64,000 nucleotides of DNA from Camelus dromedarius (taxonomy: Eukaryota), in NCBI RefSeq assembly GCF_036321535.1, contig NC_087437.1, positions 15,750,001-15,814,000 on the forward strand. The letters run 5' to 3'. The translations under genes and the position numbers were made by a program. Positions 47,330 through 60,644 of this stretch are shown piece after piece; the stretch's first letter is position 1; each line of letters opens with the position of its first letter. The notes beneath the pieces are model-generated. The model worked only from the letters and a program-made list of their open reading frames with translations, made no database searches and had not been told where the DNA came from.

Positions 47330-47880
47330 AAATTTTCATCGAGCACCTAATATGTTCCAGACACTGTGCTGGGACTACCAAATGTGGAAGACACTGTTTC
47401 GGGCGGAATGGAGTTCGGTCTTGTGGGAGAGATGGACAGAGAGCAGAGGAAAGGGTGTTGGCCACTCAGGGCAGTGGGTGCCAGGACTGATGGAGGCTCT
47501 GTGCCGTGGGGTCCAGCAGATGGGTCGGCTAAGCCTGGGGGCATCGGGAGGAGCTGCCCTTAAGTGAGTCTTGAAGTGGAGAGGAGGTGTTTAATGAGGA
47601 AAGAGCATGGATGCAGGGCAGGCCCCGCAGAGTGGACTGCCAGCAGCAGTCCAGGGAGGTGACCAGCATGGAGTGTTCTGATGCTCTCCCATCCACCCAG
47701 ATTTCCAAAGTGAGCTGAGTCTGGAAGGATATGCAGAGGGTGCTGATGGAGGTCCCCCCAGAGTCTGACGAGAAGTGTGGGTTTTCAGTCTTAGGCAGGG
47801 AAACCACTGAAAGAGGCTGCTAAGACAGAGGGGAAGGACCATTTAGACAGCATCTCTGTCATTCTAGGCAGGGGGTTCAG
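47330..47880 (-). mobile_element. L2 fragment
   Basis: gagcacctaatatgttccagacactgtgctggg...gggttttcagtcttaggcagggaaaccactgaagagg. Confidence 0.6.
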
Positions 47881-50800
47881 AAGGCCTGGGCGAGGGATCG
47901 CCAGGCTCCCTAGAATGCAAACTCCAAGATGGCAGGGATCTTAATCCTTTTTGTCCAGGCATATCCCAAATTCCTAGAATCGAACCGGATAAGCAATAAA
48001 TATTATTGAGGGAGAGGTTCAGGCTGCGGGGAGACTTAGGCATCTGGTTTGGTGGAGATAAAACAGACATTTGATGTTCCAGCCTGGCGTCCTGACTGTC
48101 CCCTCTAAACTTCCAGAGACAAGAACTCTTGTTTTTTTTCCAGACTCAAACCAGACTCCTGACTTTTGGATGGTCTTTTGGGATGCGAGTGCTGGTTGCT
48201 TGGGCATCTCTGGGTGAGGTCATCTCTGGGGTTTTTGGGTTTTTTTTCTTCGTGACTCTGGTGGGCCAGTCCCAGTATCTCCAGCTTGGTCCTTAGTTAA
48301 GACAGAATAATGCTTTGTCATTATTTTGTGCTCAGAATGTGTCACCTTCTAGCTTCTTCTCAGGGATGACCCTACCCTTTGAAGCCTTTTTACTATGTAA
48401 ACGTCAAGAGGGCTTTTCAGATTCTCCCAGTTGGAGGCTGCCTTGTAACCTGTGAGCTGAGGACACCCAGGTGAAGTTCTCCTGGCCATTGGGACAGTTT
48501 TGGATGTCACTCAGTGGAGGAACACGAGCAGCCAGGCCATCTGAATCCATGATTCATAGACATAATCTCCAGCAGAGCATTAATTTGGGGCATCATCAAA
48601 GCCTGCTGAATTACCGCAGTGTCAGACCTTGACAGAGAAGTCAGCCCGGGATTAGCATTTTGATTTAAAGTTCATTGGGTGGTATTTATCTTTATTTCTG
48701 TCACATCCGAGTGATGGACTGTCTGTCCTAGAAAATAAAAACAAATGCTACTTCCTCAGTCAAGTGAACGGGGCGTAATTTAGAGGCACTCTCTCACGGT
48801 TGGCTGGACACGTGCATAAGGGGTTGGCAGCCTCTCTCCCCTGGCTTCCAAGAGGTGTCTGGGATGCAGGTTCTCGGTTCATTTGGAGGCCAGGTGACCA
48901 TGGGGGAAGCTGAGCTAAGCTCTGTGCAGGTGTGTCGCTCCCAATGGCAGTGTCTTGGCCAAGCTGGCCTGAGCTGAGAGGTGCTGGGATGCAGTGTGGG
49001 AGTCCTCACTGGACTCTGGAGAAACCAGGTGCATCCCCATGGGACTGAGGTCAGAGCATCGGAGACCCCGTCCCTTTCCAAGGCTGGGCAGCATTTCATG
49101 GTGGTAGGTTTCAGATTCCAGCCCCTGTGATGGCTCCTTCCAGCCCTGCAGGGGGATTGACCAGGAGAACACAGGAATGTGTATGTGAATATGGCGTTTA
49201 TGGATGCTGACAGGACTGCCAGGCAGGGGGCTGCTGTCTTTGCCTGCCTTGTCTTGGATCTTGACCATTGCTCTTTATAGATAAGGACCTGGAGGCCCAG
49301 GGAGGGGAGGCGACATGCCCAAGGTGAGTAGAAATGGCACTAGCCAAGTCCAGCCCTGGACTGTCTGTCCCCAAAGCCCGTGTTCCTCCTATTCCTGCAC
49401 CTGACCTATCCAGCCAGGTGAGGCAAACTGGGGGGCGGGGGTGAGAAGAGTGGCCCTTGAGCCTCGAGGGTGGCTCTGTAAGAGGAAGGGCCTGAAGGGG
49501 GAAGGAGCATGGCTGGGAGGAGGGCAGGAAAGGCCCGTGAGGGTTTCCCGGGCTCCCCAAGGCACCATCTATTCTTGACCCTACGTCTTCATCCCTTTCA
49601 TCAGAACTTCGAGGTTCCTGTGGTCTCATTTGGCCACAGGTTGGAGGCTGCAGCGTGGGAGCTGTTTTGGTCCAAACTCTGAGTGACCAGCACTCTGCCA
49701 AGACTCAGTGAGCTTCTTCATAAATAAGGTTTTAGTGAAAGTTCGTATCAGAGTCAGCAGTTTCTATCTTTTGTGGACATTTCATCTAAAGTCAGAAGTT
49801 GATGCTGAGGATGTCTGGAGGTGGGGAGGGATAGGACCCCCCTCAGGGAGAGCAGTCCGCTGGTTACCTGCCCAGAACAGCCATCCAGGTCCTTCTGGGC
49901 ACACTGAGCATGCCCTCTGCGCGGTCTCCACTTGTTCTCCAGTTGATTTGACAGCAGTGGTCAACGCAAGGCATGATTTCATCATCTGTTATACTCAGAT
50001 TTTTCAATTAAAAGTAAATTTTAAGAATGGATTTTAGCTCCTTGTTTCTCATAAATCAGGTGTGGTTTTTTAAAAGGTGTATTTAAAGAACCGCTTCATT
50101 TGTCTGTTTTTAATTTTGCATCTGAAAATGTAGTCATCTTTCAGGAATTTCATTGAACACAAATCGAAGCAGGTATTTGTAAATTAAGAGGCAAACCATC
50201 TCCAATCTAACAGAGGTATCGTATATATTTGGTGAATTTAAAAAAATTATACTTTATTAGGCAAATGAAGTACAATAGAAATAACAGGCAGTCAAACTGT
50301 TCTGTTTGATTAAAACTGCATGTTTATATATTATGAATATTTATTTATATTCGACAAAAAGCACGTTTTAACAAAAACAGGTACATGCATTGTTAATATT
50401 TTGGTTATAAATATGAAACAGGGGCTTTAGAAAAGTAAATGTAAATATGAATCAGCTTAAGTTTAATCAGGGTAAGAAACTTAATGTCTTCATTATGCAG
50501 CTGCTGCCTTCTTCTTCCTGTTAATTCTTTGACCGGAAAAGAAATAGGAGCTCGCCTGCTTTTTCAATTCCCAAGTGACTAACCTCAAATAGATTTGTCT
50601 AAAAAAGAAGACATTGTTTCTTCATCTACAGAAGAGGTTACTGTTATTAAAAGCTTGGTTTATCATTTTAATATTCTAATGAGTAGGTAAGTGACTTTAA
50701 CTAGTTGAAATTACTCATCAGCAAATATCTGCCTCTTAACGTGTCCACCCTTAGCTCTAGACTGAATGCCAAGGTGTCCCTGTAGTTGAAGAGTGACCCC

Positions 50801-51887
50801 AGCCCAGCTGTGGGGATACTAGCAACCAGTGTGTCAGGGGCACATTGATACTTATTTGTGAAATGCTTCTTTAAAAGATAAATATTCTCTCCAACACCCT
50901 AGAACTAAAAGGTATATTACCTGTTCCATGATTATGTCTTTGAGCTTTAGCATATCTCTTTGGCTATAAAAATGCAAATGAATGTTTTTAAAATTGGAGT
51001 TACTTTTTAAAAAAATAGATGTTTTAAAACCCCATGTAATCCTGAAGTATCCCTGATTGTGCGCTTGGGTGCAGATGTCGCTGATATAAACTCAAGATTG
51101 ACCAACAAATGGTTCGCCTGGGCTCAGGCTGCTTTGCAGAATGCCCCCAGCTGTCCTGGGAGATAGCAGTGGGGAGGGCAACCGGTCCTGCAGACCTTGC
51201 TGGAGCTGGGAAGGGGTGGGGCTGCTGGGGCCGGAAGCCAGCAGGGATAGACCCTCGTGGGGAGCAGAGAGTGGGTTTGGCTTGGGGCATCTTTGGTTTT
51301 GCTTGCTTGACTCTATGAAAGCACAGGTTTGTCAAAAGAACAAAGTACCAAAGAGCTCTCCTCAGGGTCCCCAAATATTGAGAATTAGCCAATATGACCT
51401 AGGCATTTGGGGCTATTTGGTGGACCTAACAGTTTCTCTACAAGGAAAATTTAGAAAGCAAGTAGGGAACACGAGTAGCTTCATTCCTGCAATTTCTCTT
51501 TTGAGGATGCACCCTAGATAAAGAAAGCGGTCATACTTGCCCCACAGAACATACCCTGGACCTTAGACAGTCATGTAAAGAGAGGAAAGTGCTCCTGGGT
51601 GGACTCCCAAGACCAGGCAAGCCATGGAGGGTGGGAGTCTGGGGAGCATGAAACAGGGGCGTTGATTGAGTGGGAGGGCGTCACTGGTCCTAGACCGAGC
51701 TTCTGCCTGCCCTCTTTGCTCTCTCATGGTTTTCCTGGGCTTATTTCTGGCTCTTGGGGACACCTCCTGTATGCCTCTTCCACAGGGTCTCCTAGAAGTT
51801 TATGCTGAAATGTTGTCATCCTGTTGGTCAGTCAGTGTTTCCTAGTATCTGTCATCTTTGTTGCCCAAATTTAAAACCTTATCCTCT

Positions 51888-52111
51888 AAATTTGGGAATT
51901 TGAGATGTGCTATATTAACTACTATATATAAAAATAGATGAAAACCAAATTTCTTCTGTATAACACAGGGGACTATAGTCAATATCTTGTAATAACCTTT
52001 AATGAAAAAGAATATGAAAACGAATATATGTATGTATATGTATGACTGGGACTTTATGCTGCACACCAGAGACCGACACATATAACTGACTATACTTCAA
52101 TAATAATAATA
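51888..52111 (+). mobile_element. Young camelid-type L1 3' end with a TSD of about 15 bp
   Basis: L1 3' UTR ending actatacttcaataataataataaaaa. Flanks AAAACCTTATCCTCT (51873-51887, preceded by TT) and AAAACCCCTTATCCTCT (52112-52128). Confidence 0.9.
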
Positions 52112-52564
52112 AAAACCCCTTATCCTCTTATGCTCTACTTGAAAGTTATGAGAGAATAATTGCTTAACACTAGCCTCTAAAAAAAAATCCTTCACTTAAT
52201 GGAATCTTCTAATCAATATCATCTAGCCTTTCTTGCTCCTTGAAACTTAGTATCTGGAAACTTCATGGTTGTAGCTGGATCTAAAACAAAACGTGGGTCT
52301 TCCAGCTTGATGATGCGCCCAGAGCCGCCACCGCCACCTGCTGGCAGTGTTCCCTAATTACAAGAAAAATACAGAAAAAGGAGGCCACTTTCTTGCATGC
52401 AACTTTGAAGCTAGAAAATCAAGGGGAACATTCTATCCCCAGGCAGATTCTATTAAAAATAATAAGAGCAAAATAATTAGATGCAGTCTGGAACATTTTC
52501 AAGTAAATGATTTTGTTTTTACTACATATTCATCCATTAATTCATCAATTAATGTTCAGTGAAA

Positions 52565-52770
52565 GAGAAGGAGTATTTATGCAGTGCCTACTACATACCA
52601 GGTGCCTACTGTGTGAAGTGCTTTACAAATGTCACCTTGTTTGCTTCTCAATAGAGAACTCCAAAATATTATTCCTTCTTCACAGATGCAGAAAGATTAA
52701 CATGCAAAGCCATGCACTCTGGAACTCACTGGGTTAGGATGTGAACCCTATTTTTCAGGCCCAAGACCAC
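52565..52770 (-). mobile_element. MIR SINE
   Basis: gtgcctactgtgtgaagtgctttaca...cacagatgcagaaagattaa...ggatgtgaaccc. Confidence 0.6.
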
Positions 52771-55700
52771 ACCTGTGTTATTTGCGTCGCTGCCTCCTGA
52801 TTCTGCACGCTCCTGTGTGCTGATAGTGTCCGTGCTTAATGGACACATCCCTGCCCTCACTGTGGTGTTGCTGGCTGGCGACTGTTTCCATGTTGTAGAT
52901 AGAATTACTGATCTGAGTTTCACCTGGATTTCTAGAGTCTGTTCCTTTGCTGTTGGCTGTTCTGGCTGTGTTACCAGCCTCCATTTGCCGTGAGGTGGGA
53001 ATGGAAGGGAGTGAGTCCCGGGGAAGGGAATGGCCAGGTGCTAAGCTGTTTTAGGTTACAAGGCAAAGGCGCAGAGTGTATCCTGAAAACAGCTCTGCCT
53101 GTGGACACCTGGAAGGCCCTGCTGTGCCAGGCTTCTGGCCCAAGGCTGAGGGCGCCCAATCCTGGGTCCCTAACTGAGGTGTGACCTCATGCCAGGCTGC
53201 CTCGAGTAGGATGACCAATGCAGTGGGCAGCTTCGGAGAGAGAGGCCGTGTCCTGGGACAAGGCCTGGCATAGGGCAGGATAACGGTGAGTAATGGGGGT
53301 GGACCTATGAAAGTGTTTTCCATTTCCCCACTCTGGACACCTCCCAAAGAGGGAGCTCAACTCTGCAGCTGACGGGACCTGTTTGGGGAGGGGGTGGTGT
53401 GAAGACGCTCCCAGGTGACTCTGCTGTACGTCCTGGGGCACACTTTGGTGAATAAACCAGTGAGAGGTTGAATGTGCTTCTCCTTTATTGAGGATTCGCC
53501 TAGGATGGGTTAGGACTGACGCTCCCTGGGGACCCTGGGGCATCCCGCCATCAGGGACAAGGAGTGGCCATTCTTTAGAGGATCCCGTCACCCCTCCATC
53601 TCTCCCTAAGAAATCACTTATCTCCGTTTGGTGCCTCCCTTGTTGCCTGAGTCTCATTCCTCTTTGGATCAGTTACTTCTGTGCATCTGGCTGGCTGGTC
53701 TTCCCGTTCTCCCATGGTGTGGGCCCGGGGCTTTGCCTGTCGTGGACTCTGCTGTTAGCATCTGTGGTTCATCTCAAGCACGGGCCCCAAATCCAGAAGC
53801 CGGCCGGGGACTCACAGAGTTCACAGCCAGCCGAGGTTGAAGGGGCCGTGTGAACAGGTGAGCCTGTACCCTACGTGGTTATACGGGCGTTGCCTCGTCT
53901 GGATTTTCATGGGATAATCCCCAGTTTTTAATTGTTGACAAAGTGCACTTTTTTTCTTTTTTCTTTTTACGTCAATGTGCAGGCCACATAAAATCAATCT
54001 GGCTCTCGGATGCATGAAAAACCTCTAACTCAAAGGACCACAGAGAGCCTACGTAGCCTTAATTCTTTAAAAAAAATAGTTTCCCAGCGTGCATGCCTGA
54101 GTAGATGGGCCTTGGCAATTGAACTTCTGTGTTTCCAGCGAGTGTATAAGAGCATCCACTTCATAAGAAGGAAAAATTTTATGAAGTTGTTTGAGTCAGA
54201 ACCGTAACAATGCCAATAAAATGTATTTTACGAAGTTGGTGAGAAAGTTGTAATCTGGCTGCTGTTTTACAGTGTGTGGAACTGGTACTCGTTGTGAAAG
54301 CCGGTTCCCCCGCGAAGCTCCCGGCACAGGGTGGGCTTTAGTGGCCCTGGTGCCTCACTTCCAATTGGCTCATGATCGCGGTGACAGTCACGGGCTGGTG
54401 ATCGCAGGGGTTTATTAGGAAGGGGGTTTTGAACCACCACGTGCTTCCCCATCTTGGAGCTCCTTCTAGGGGATGGGCCCCGCCCTCTGGTCTCCCAAGC
54501 TCTCAGCATCCCTTTCTCTGGCCGCATCTCCTGCATCCGGCCAGGGGCGGATGCGTGTGCTGAGAAAGGGCAGAACTCCCTGGGGCTGTGGTGTGACTGC
54601 GGCTCCTGCCCCTCCTGGGACTTTTCGTGGTTTCTGGGGAGATCTCCGAGGTGAGTGGTGGTCAGGGCGTCTCCAGAAGCGCATTAGGTGCTCTGCCAGC
54701 CCCAGGCGTGTTCAGACCCAGCTGGGTGCCCTGGAGGACTGGGCGTCCTGTCCCAGCAGCCTCTCTGACTTGTTTCTCACGTTACTGGTCCCTTGGGCTG
54801 CCTTTGGGTGGGGCTGTTTCAGGCGTCTGTCAGTGTGTGGGGTTGGGGGCGGGGGAGCAGTGCTGAGCCCAGATATTTTGCTTTCTGGGAAACCTGGGAC
54901 AGGTTTGGCAGCTATGGGATGAGAAATTCCTAAAAGGAGGCAGGGACAATTCTAGCTTAAAAAGGTGTCTTCTCTTTATTTGACCTGTCTGATTGAAAAA
55001 GCTGACTCTTTGGAGTGGGCACCTCCCCACCTGAAAGCGCGACTGGGCCTGGGAAGAGTGTGCGCGCTCAGTCAGGCACACGCGCGTCCACATCCCGCCC
55101 TGTGCTGTTCTCCCTGTAGGACCTTGGGCCGGTGTGTCCTCAGTCTCCTGCTCTATGAAATGGGTTTAGTAAAATCCCTCTTTTAGGCTTTGAGGGAATT
55201 TGAGATACACATCAGAGTGTCTGGCATTGTGTATAGACTGGTTTACATTTTCTTAGTTGCTCATTCACTTGGTCTGTCTGCCCCTCAGGGGTCTCTCTCC
55301 TTGCTTTACACCTTGCTGGGCTTATTTGCAAGGACTTTGAGAGCAGGGGCAAGAATAAAAGTAAGAGGATGTCATGGACATCACCATGCATCATTAGGGT
55401 GGGCTCCCAAAAGACGTCCCTGACCCGAGCCTCGCTACTCTATGCCCCACCGTCCGGAGCCCACTCCATCCATGACCTGTGCCACCTCAGTGCCTGAAGA
55501 CCCTTCCCCAGGCACTGATTGGAAAGATCAGTTATCCTAATTTAAAAACAAAACCAAAAACCCCTGTAGTTTCCTTTTGATTGGGGAAGAAATAGTCCTG
55601 TTTCCTTAGCTTGGCTCTTCGCGGTCCTCCTTAGTTGTTACCTGCAGCTGACTCATCCAGCCCTCCTGCCCGCCCCCCCTGCCCCCCATCTAGGCCCTCC

Positions 55701-55849
55701 ACGCAGACAGCGTGCCTTTCCTCAAACATGACTTCCCTGGCTGCACGCTTTTGGCTGTTCAGTCCTCTCTGCCTGCGGTGTCTCCCCAGCTGTCCCCTCT
55801 CTCCCATCCCATGCATCCTTACTGGCCTGCTGGAAGTGGTGGCTGACCC

Positions 55850-57880
55850 TGTCTCCTTTATGCTGTTAACGTTGTATCTGTTACATCTACAGATGTTATA
55901 AATGCAATGATACAGTGTTGCAATGATTACTTTATATAATCTCATACTTTTTTTTAAAGATGTAAGAGAAGACACGAGGAAAATATATTTACATAGTCTT
56001 TTATATTAATCCACATATCATTTCCAGCACTTTCCACTTCTTCCTCTGTTTTCATTTTACCTTCTGGTGTCATTCCCTTTCATCTTGAATAACATCCTGT
56101 ACTACTTTTTGTGGGGAATGTTTGCTAGCAGTGAATTCTCTCTGTCTTTGTTGACCTGGGAAAGTCTTCATTTGCCTTTGTTTTCATAGGATAGTTTTGC
56201 TGGATGTAGAATTCTTGGCTGACAGTTTTTTCTTTTGACACCTTGAATAGGTCATTCCACTGCCTTCGGGCTTTCATTGTTTCAGAAGAGAATTGGGATT
56301 AATCATATGGATGTTCCTCTGTATGTGATAAGTCATTTTTCTTGCTCTATTCAAAATGTTCTCTCTGTCTGTTGAAAGTTTGGCTATGATGCCTCTCTGT
56401 GTGGATCTCCTTAGACTTAACTTACTTTGGGTTCACTGAACTTTCTGACTCTGTGTAGATCAGTGTTTTTCATCAAAATTTGAAAAATTTTAAGCCATTA
56501 TTTTCCATTTTTTTCTGTCCTTTTTTTCTCCTTTTTCCCTGGTACTCTCATCAAATCTCTATTGATATACTTGATGGCATCCAACAGGTTTATGAGGTTT
56601 TGTTCTTTTTACTTTAACCTTCTTTCTGTGTTCTTCAGATATTATCCTTTCCGTTGGTCTATCTTCAAGGTCACCAAGTTTTTCCTTTTTCCATCTTGAA
56701 TCTTCAGTCGCACTCCTCTAGGAAGTTGCTCAGTTTATATTGTACTTTTCATCTCCAGAATTCCATTTGGTTCATTCTCCGTAATTTCTGTCTCCTTAGT
56801 GACAATATCTCTTGATTTGCTGTTGTCATACTTTAAATGTAGTTTCCTCTATTTTTGGACATATTTATAATAACTGCTTTGGAGTCTTTTGAAGTTTTTG
56901 TCTGCTGAGTACAACACTGGGTGACTGCTTTCTTCTTGAGTATAGATTTCCTATTTCTTTCCTATTTCTCTGGGTGTATCATAATTTTCTTATTGAAAAC
57001 TGGACATTTTAGGTACCATATTGTAGTATCTCTGGGTTTTTTTTTTTTTTTTTTGCCCTGAACACTGTTGTTACAGTTTTATATATTTGTTTTGTGACTT
57101 GCCTGGGTTAAATCTGTGAAATCTGTCTCCCTTGACTTTTGTGGCCACTGATGTGTTGGTTCAGTTTTTATTTTTTAATTTTTGCTTTTATGTTTAAGTC
57201 TTGCTTCCTAGGGGTAGCCCCTCCTCCTGAGCAGCTTAGTGGTCTTCCAGCGATTAGACAGAGGTTGGGCTCAGACACGCTGAGCCAGTGCATCTTCCAT
57301 CCTCTGCTGACGGATCTGTGTGCGGGTGAAAGACACAGAGCTCAGGCCGTTTGGAACCTACTCCAGCTTTGACTTTCCAGTGGGACGTCTTGCTTCTTTT
57401 ACGAGCAAGCACAGGGCTAGCCAGGAGGGGGTGGCTATCCTGGGTCCTCTCTGGTCTTCACTGGACACACATGTAACCTCAGCCAGGGGTATGCGTGCCC
57501 TAGCCAGGACCCCAGCCTTGCCTGCTGAGGTCCTCACTGCTACGGACAGTGCTGCTGGACCTGTGCGTCAGCAACCACCCCAAATCCAAGGCCTCTTTGA
57601 CCCCACAGCTCAGCTCTTCTCATGTCATTTCCTTCCCCGACAGAACCTCCACGTCAGCCCAGCTGGGCAGGGGGGTGGGAGGGGGCGGAGAGAAGCCCTA
57701 GGCAAGAATGCCACAGATTTTTCCTGTTCTTACCCAAAGTTCAGCCTTTGAAACATAAATGCTTCTCAGATGGTCTTTGGTAAATTTTCAGAGTGCTGAG
57801 ATGGTTGTTTTTGGTCACTTTTCCCCAGCTTTACAGTTGGTTTTTAAAAAAGAGGAATTTGCTGACCTCGTTCCTCTGCT
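55850..57880 (-). mobile_element. Old L1 (L1M/L1MD-like) inter-ORF, ORF1 and 5' region
   Basis: tgctagcagtgaattctctc...aggatagttttgctggatgtagaattcttggctgacag...cattccactgcctt...gtacttttcatctccagaattccatttggttc. Confidence 0.75.
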
Positions 57881-58129
57881 TATGAACCTCTACCAGGTTG
57901 TATATATTTTTTTAATGTGATCAGCCTTTTTCCTGGCTGCAAGGGCACTGGAGAGCTTGGCTTTCCTTCCCTACTGACCCAAGAGCTCCTCCCAAATCCA
58001 CTTCGGTTTGTCTTTGAATCCCCAGTGAGTGCCATCATGCCTGGGACACAGCAGGTGCCCACCGTGTGCTCCTTGCACTTAGGATCTGAATATGGCCAAC
58101 AGACGGGGCAATTCATCTGAGCTGGACTC

Positions 58130-58310
58130 GCACAGACCTGACCTGGGTTCTCAGGCACCATGCCTCACCTGACTGCTCCTTCGTTTCTCATCTGTAGAAT
58201 GTCAAAAATGAAACTCACTCCTTGGGATAGTTGTGTGAATTAAATGAGAGAAAGCATAGAAGTCATCTAGACCAATACTCAGCATAGAGTAATGCTTTGT
58301 AACTATTCAT
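58130..58310 (+). mobile_element. MIR SINE
   Basis: tttctcatctgtagaatg...gttgtgtgaattaaatgag...gcatagagtaatgct. Confidence 0.7.
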
Positions 58311-58379
58311 TTCATTTCTTCCCATAAAATGTGGGCTTCATGAAGATACTCTGCTTTCGGTTATCTGGCTTATCCTTCT

Positions 58380-58417
58380 GTCCATCCATCCATTCTTCCA
58401 TCCAACCATCCATCCAT
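58380..58417 (+). repeat. (TCCA)n-like simple repeat
   Basis: tccatccatccattcttccatccaaccatccatccatc. Confidence 0.8.
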
Positions 58418-60452
58418 CTTTCTACAGATGCAGAGCTAAAAGAGGCAGGAGGTGTTCTCTGGAGAAACACCTCCACTGGAGAAGACAGACACATAAACAG
58501 ATGATTTCCAATCCTGTGGGCAAGAGCTATGGCAGGCATGAGGGAAGAGCTGCAGGCACAGAGGCCAGAGGAGCGACACTGGGGTGGCAGTCTCGTGTCT
58601 GTGACCCTTTGCCATGGCTTCGAGGCTCTCTGGTTAGAGGCAGGGAGCCAGGGTAGGTAGAAACAAGACCACCTAGAACTTGCTTCGTCCTGTGCTGTCA
58701 CAACGTCTGGCCTCATCTGGGGAGATAACCAGCGGAACTCAGGTGCTGGTGGTCACATATGTGCCCACGCTGTCTCTGTAGGAGGTACAATTTTACTTTT
58801 CCTACCCAAATGCTCATCATTTCTATCCACAGTTTTGCAAAGCACTTACATGTCCTAGTTTTCTGTGCAGTCCAGCGGTGCCCGGCAAGCTCTCACCCTT
58901 CGTCACAGGAGAGGCACCCTCTGCTCTGCTAGGTGACTACAATTTTGTCTCCCGCCCCCAACATACACATACTTAGGAGGTGGAAGTTTCTGTGCCCAGG
59001 TCAGAGAGCAGAGCACCGTGGTGGTTTCTCTTCACATCTGCAGAGGGTCTTCTGGCCACATCCTTGGGGGAGTGGGGCTGCCAACTTACACCCCAGACTT
59101 GGATTTCCTTTTCTGTTGCAGGCATTCCCTCTCCTCGGTGGCCCCAGGGCAGGACAAGGAACAGGGAACAAGACAGGTTTTCCCTGGGTCTGTTTGCCAG
59201 GCACCATGGCTTCTGCCATGCGTTTTTTTAAGCCGGTAACAATTTTTCTTTGTAAACCCAGACCCGTTTTGGAAGCCCAGACCCTGCTGTGTTCGAACAG
59301 AAGCCCGTTATGAAGTGGTTCATTGCTTGCACGTTGCAACCTGCTAGGGCCGGGCTCAGGGAACTCGTGCAGGGGAAGGTTAGTGCAGCCCAGTGCCGCT
59401 TGGTTGGCCCATCACACTGCCTTTGAGAGCCCTCCCAAGCCCTGCACTGCTCCCTCCACGCACATCATCCCGAGCATTGCTCCGTGTTCCTGGCTGGCCC
59501 TGCGAACTTTATTTTACACCCTGAGTTTACTATTCTTGTTGTCTCCAAAGTACGTCTTGTGGGGTGCCTGTTCCTCGTGAAATGGTTCTTCCTCCATCTT
59601 CTCCACGGAGTTACTTTAAATCCTGCCCCTGGCAGAGGGTGGGGGATAGTCCTGTTGATGAAAGCCTTTGCAGAGACGGTGCTCACCTTTGTGATATGTT
59701 TGGGGGAGGAAAGACTAAGGGCAGACCAGGCAGGCATGTGAGAGCTCTGCTGGGCCACTCCCCCGTCCGTTTTGGAAGTTGAAATTGAAACCTCTGGGTA
59801 TTTACTCAGCCAAGTCACCTGGACGAGGAATGGACCAGGAGGGTCACGTGGCAGGAGTCAAGGCGAACACAAAAGAGTCCATTTATTATCCTGGCAGGAA
59901 ATTTGTTCTTTTGGATTCTGTAGCTGCAGACATAATGATTTCATTTCCTTCGGGGGAGGGAGATTAATGGCCTTTCCCCGGGCCCATGTGGATTGCCGCT
60001 TCCTGCATCTCCCAGAGTGTCGTTGCCTCCGGTTTGCTGGGGTCGGGGTGCGTGTGCCAGTTCACGCTGATTAAGGGAACGTGGCCTTCCCAGTGGAAGG
60101 CTCCCTGTGGATGCCTGGCGGTGACCCAGGTTCAAACACACATCATGGAAAAACATCCCAGATGGAGAGAGACGGTCCACAGGAGCCTGTGGGAGCTGCC
60201 GACAGAAGCAGCACAGGCTGGATTCCCCTCCTGCTTCAGAGGTGGCCTCTCATCCAGTGGCCAGATCAGCGGGCTGGAGCAGGGACTCCCTAGGAGACAG
60301 CCGGGCCCTGGACCCCCGCCAGCACTGCCACTAGCCTGTTAGCCATGGGACTTGGCACCTCACTGAGCCCCGCTTCCTCATCTGGAAAATGTGGATGGCA
60401 GTTAGTCACCAGGCCTCGGAGGGTTAAATGAAAGCTGTGCCCGAGTGCTTTT

Positions 60453-60644
60453 AATATGTATATTTTTACTGAAGTGTAGTCAGTTTACAATGTTGTGTCG
60501 ACTTCTGGTGTATAGCACAATGCTGCAGTCATACATGAACATACATATATTCATTCTCATATTCTTTTTCACTAAAAGTTACTACAAGATATTGAATATA
60601 GTTCCCTGTGCTATACAGTGTAAACTTGTTGTTAAATCTATTTT
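60453..60644 (-). mobile_element. Camelid-type L1 3' end with a 12-bp TSD, inserted in or next to a MIR (about 60340-60445)
   Basis: ctgaagtgtagtcagtttacaatg...gaatatagttccctgtgctatacag. Flanks CCGAGTGCTTTT (60441-60452) and CTGAGTGTTTTT (60645-60656), each followed by AA. Confidence 0.88.

Noticed and set aside
52836..52846. TTAATGGACAC (LMDT), resembling the start of EPHB1 exon 2
   Set aside because: The following codons do not give RTATAELGW and there is no properly placed acceptor; chance match.
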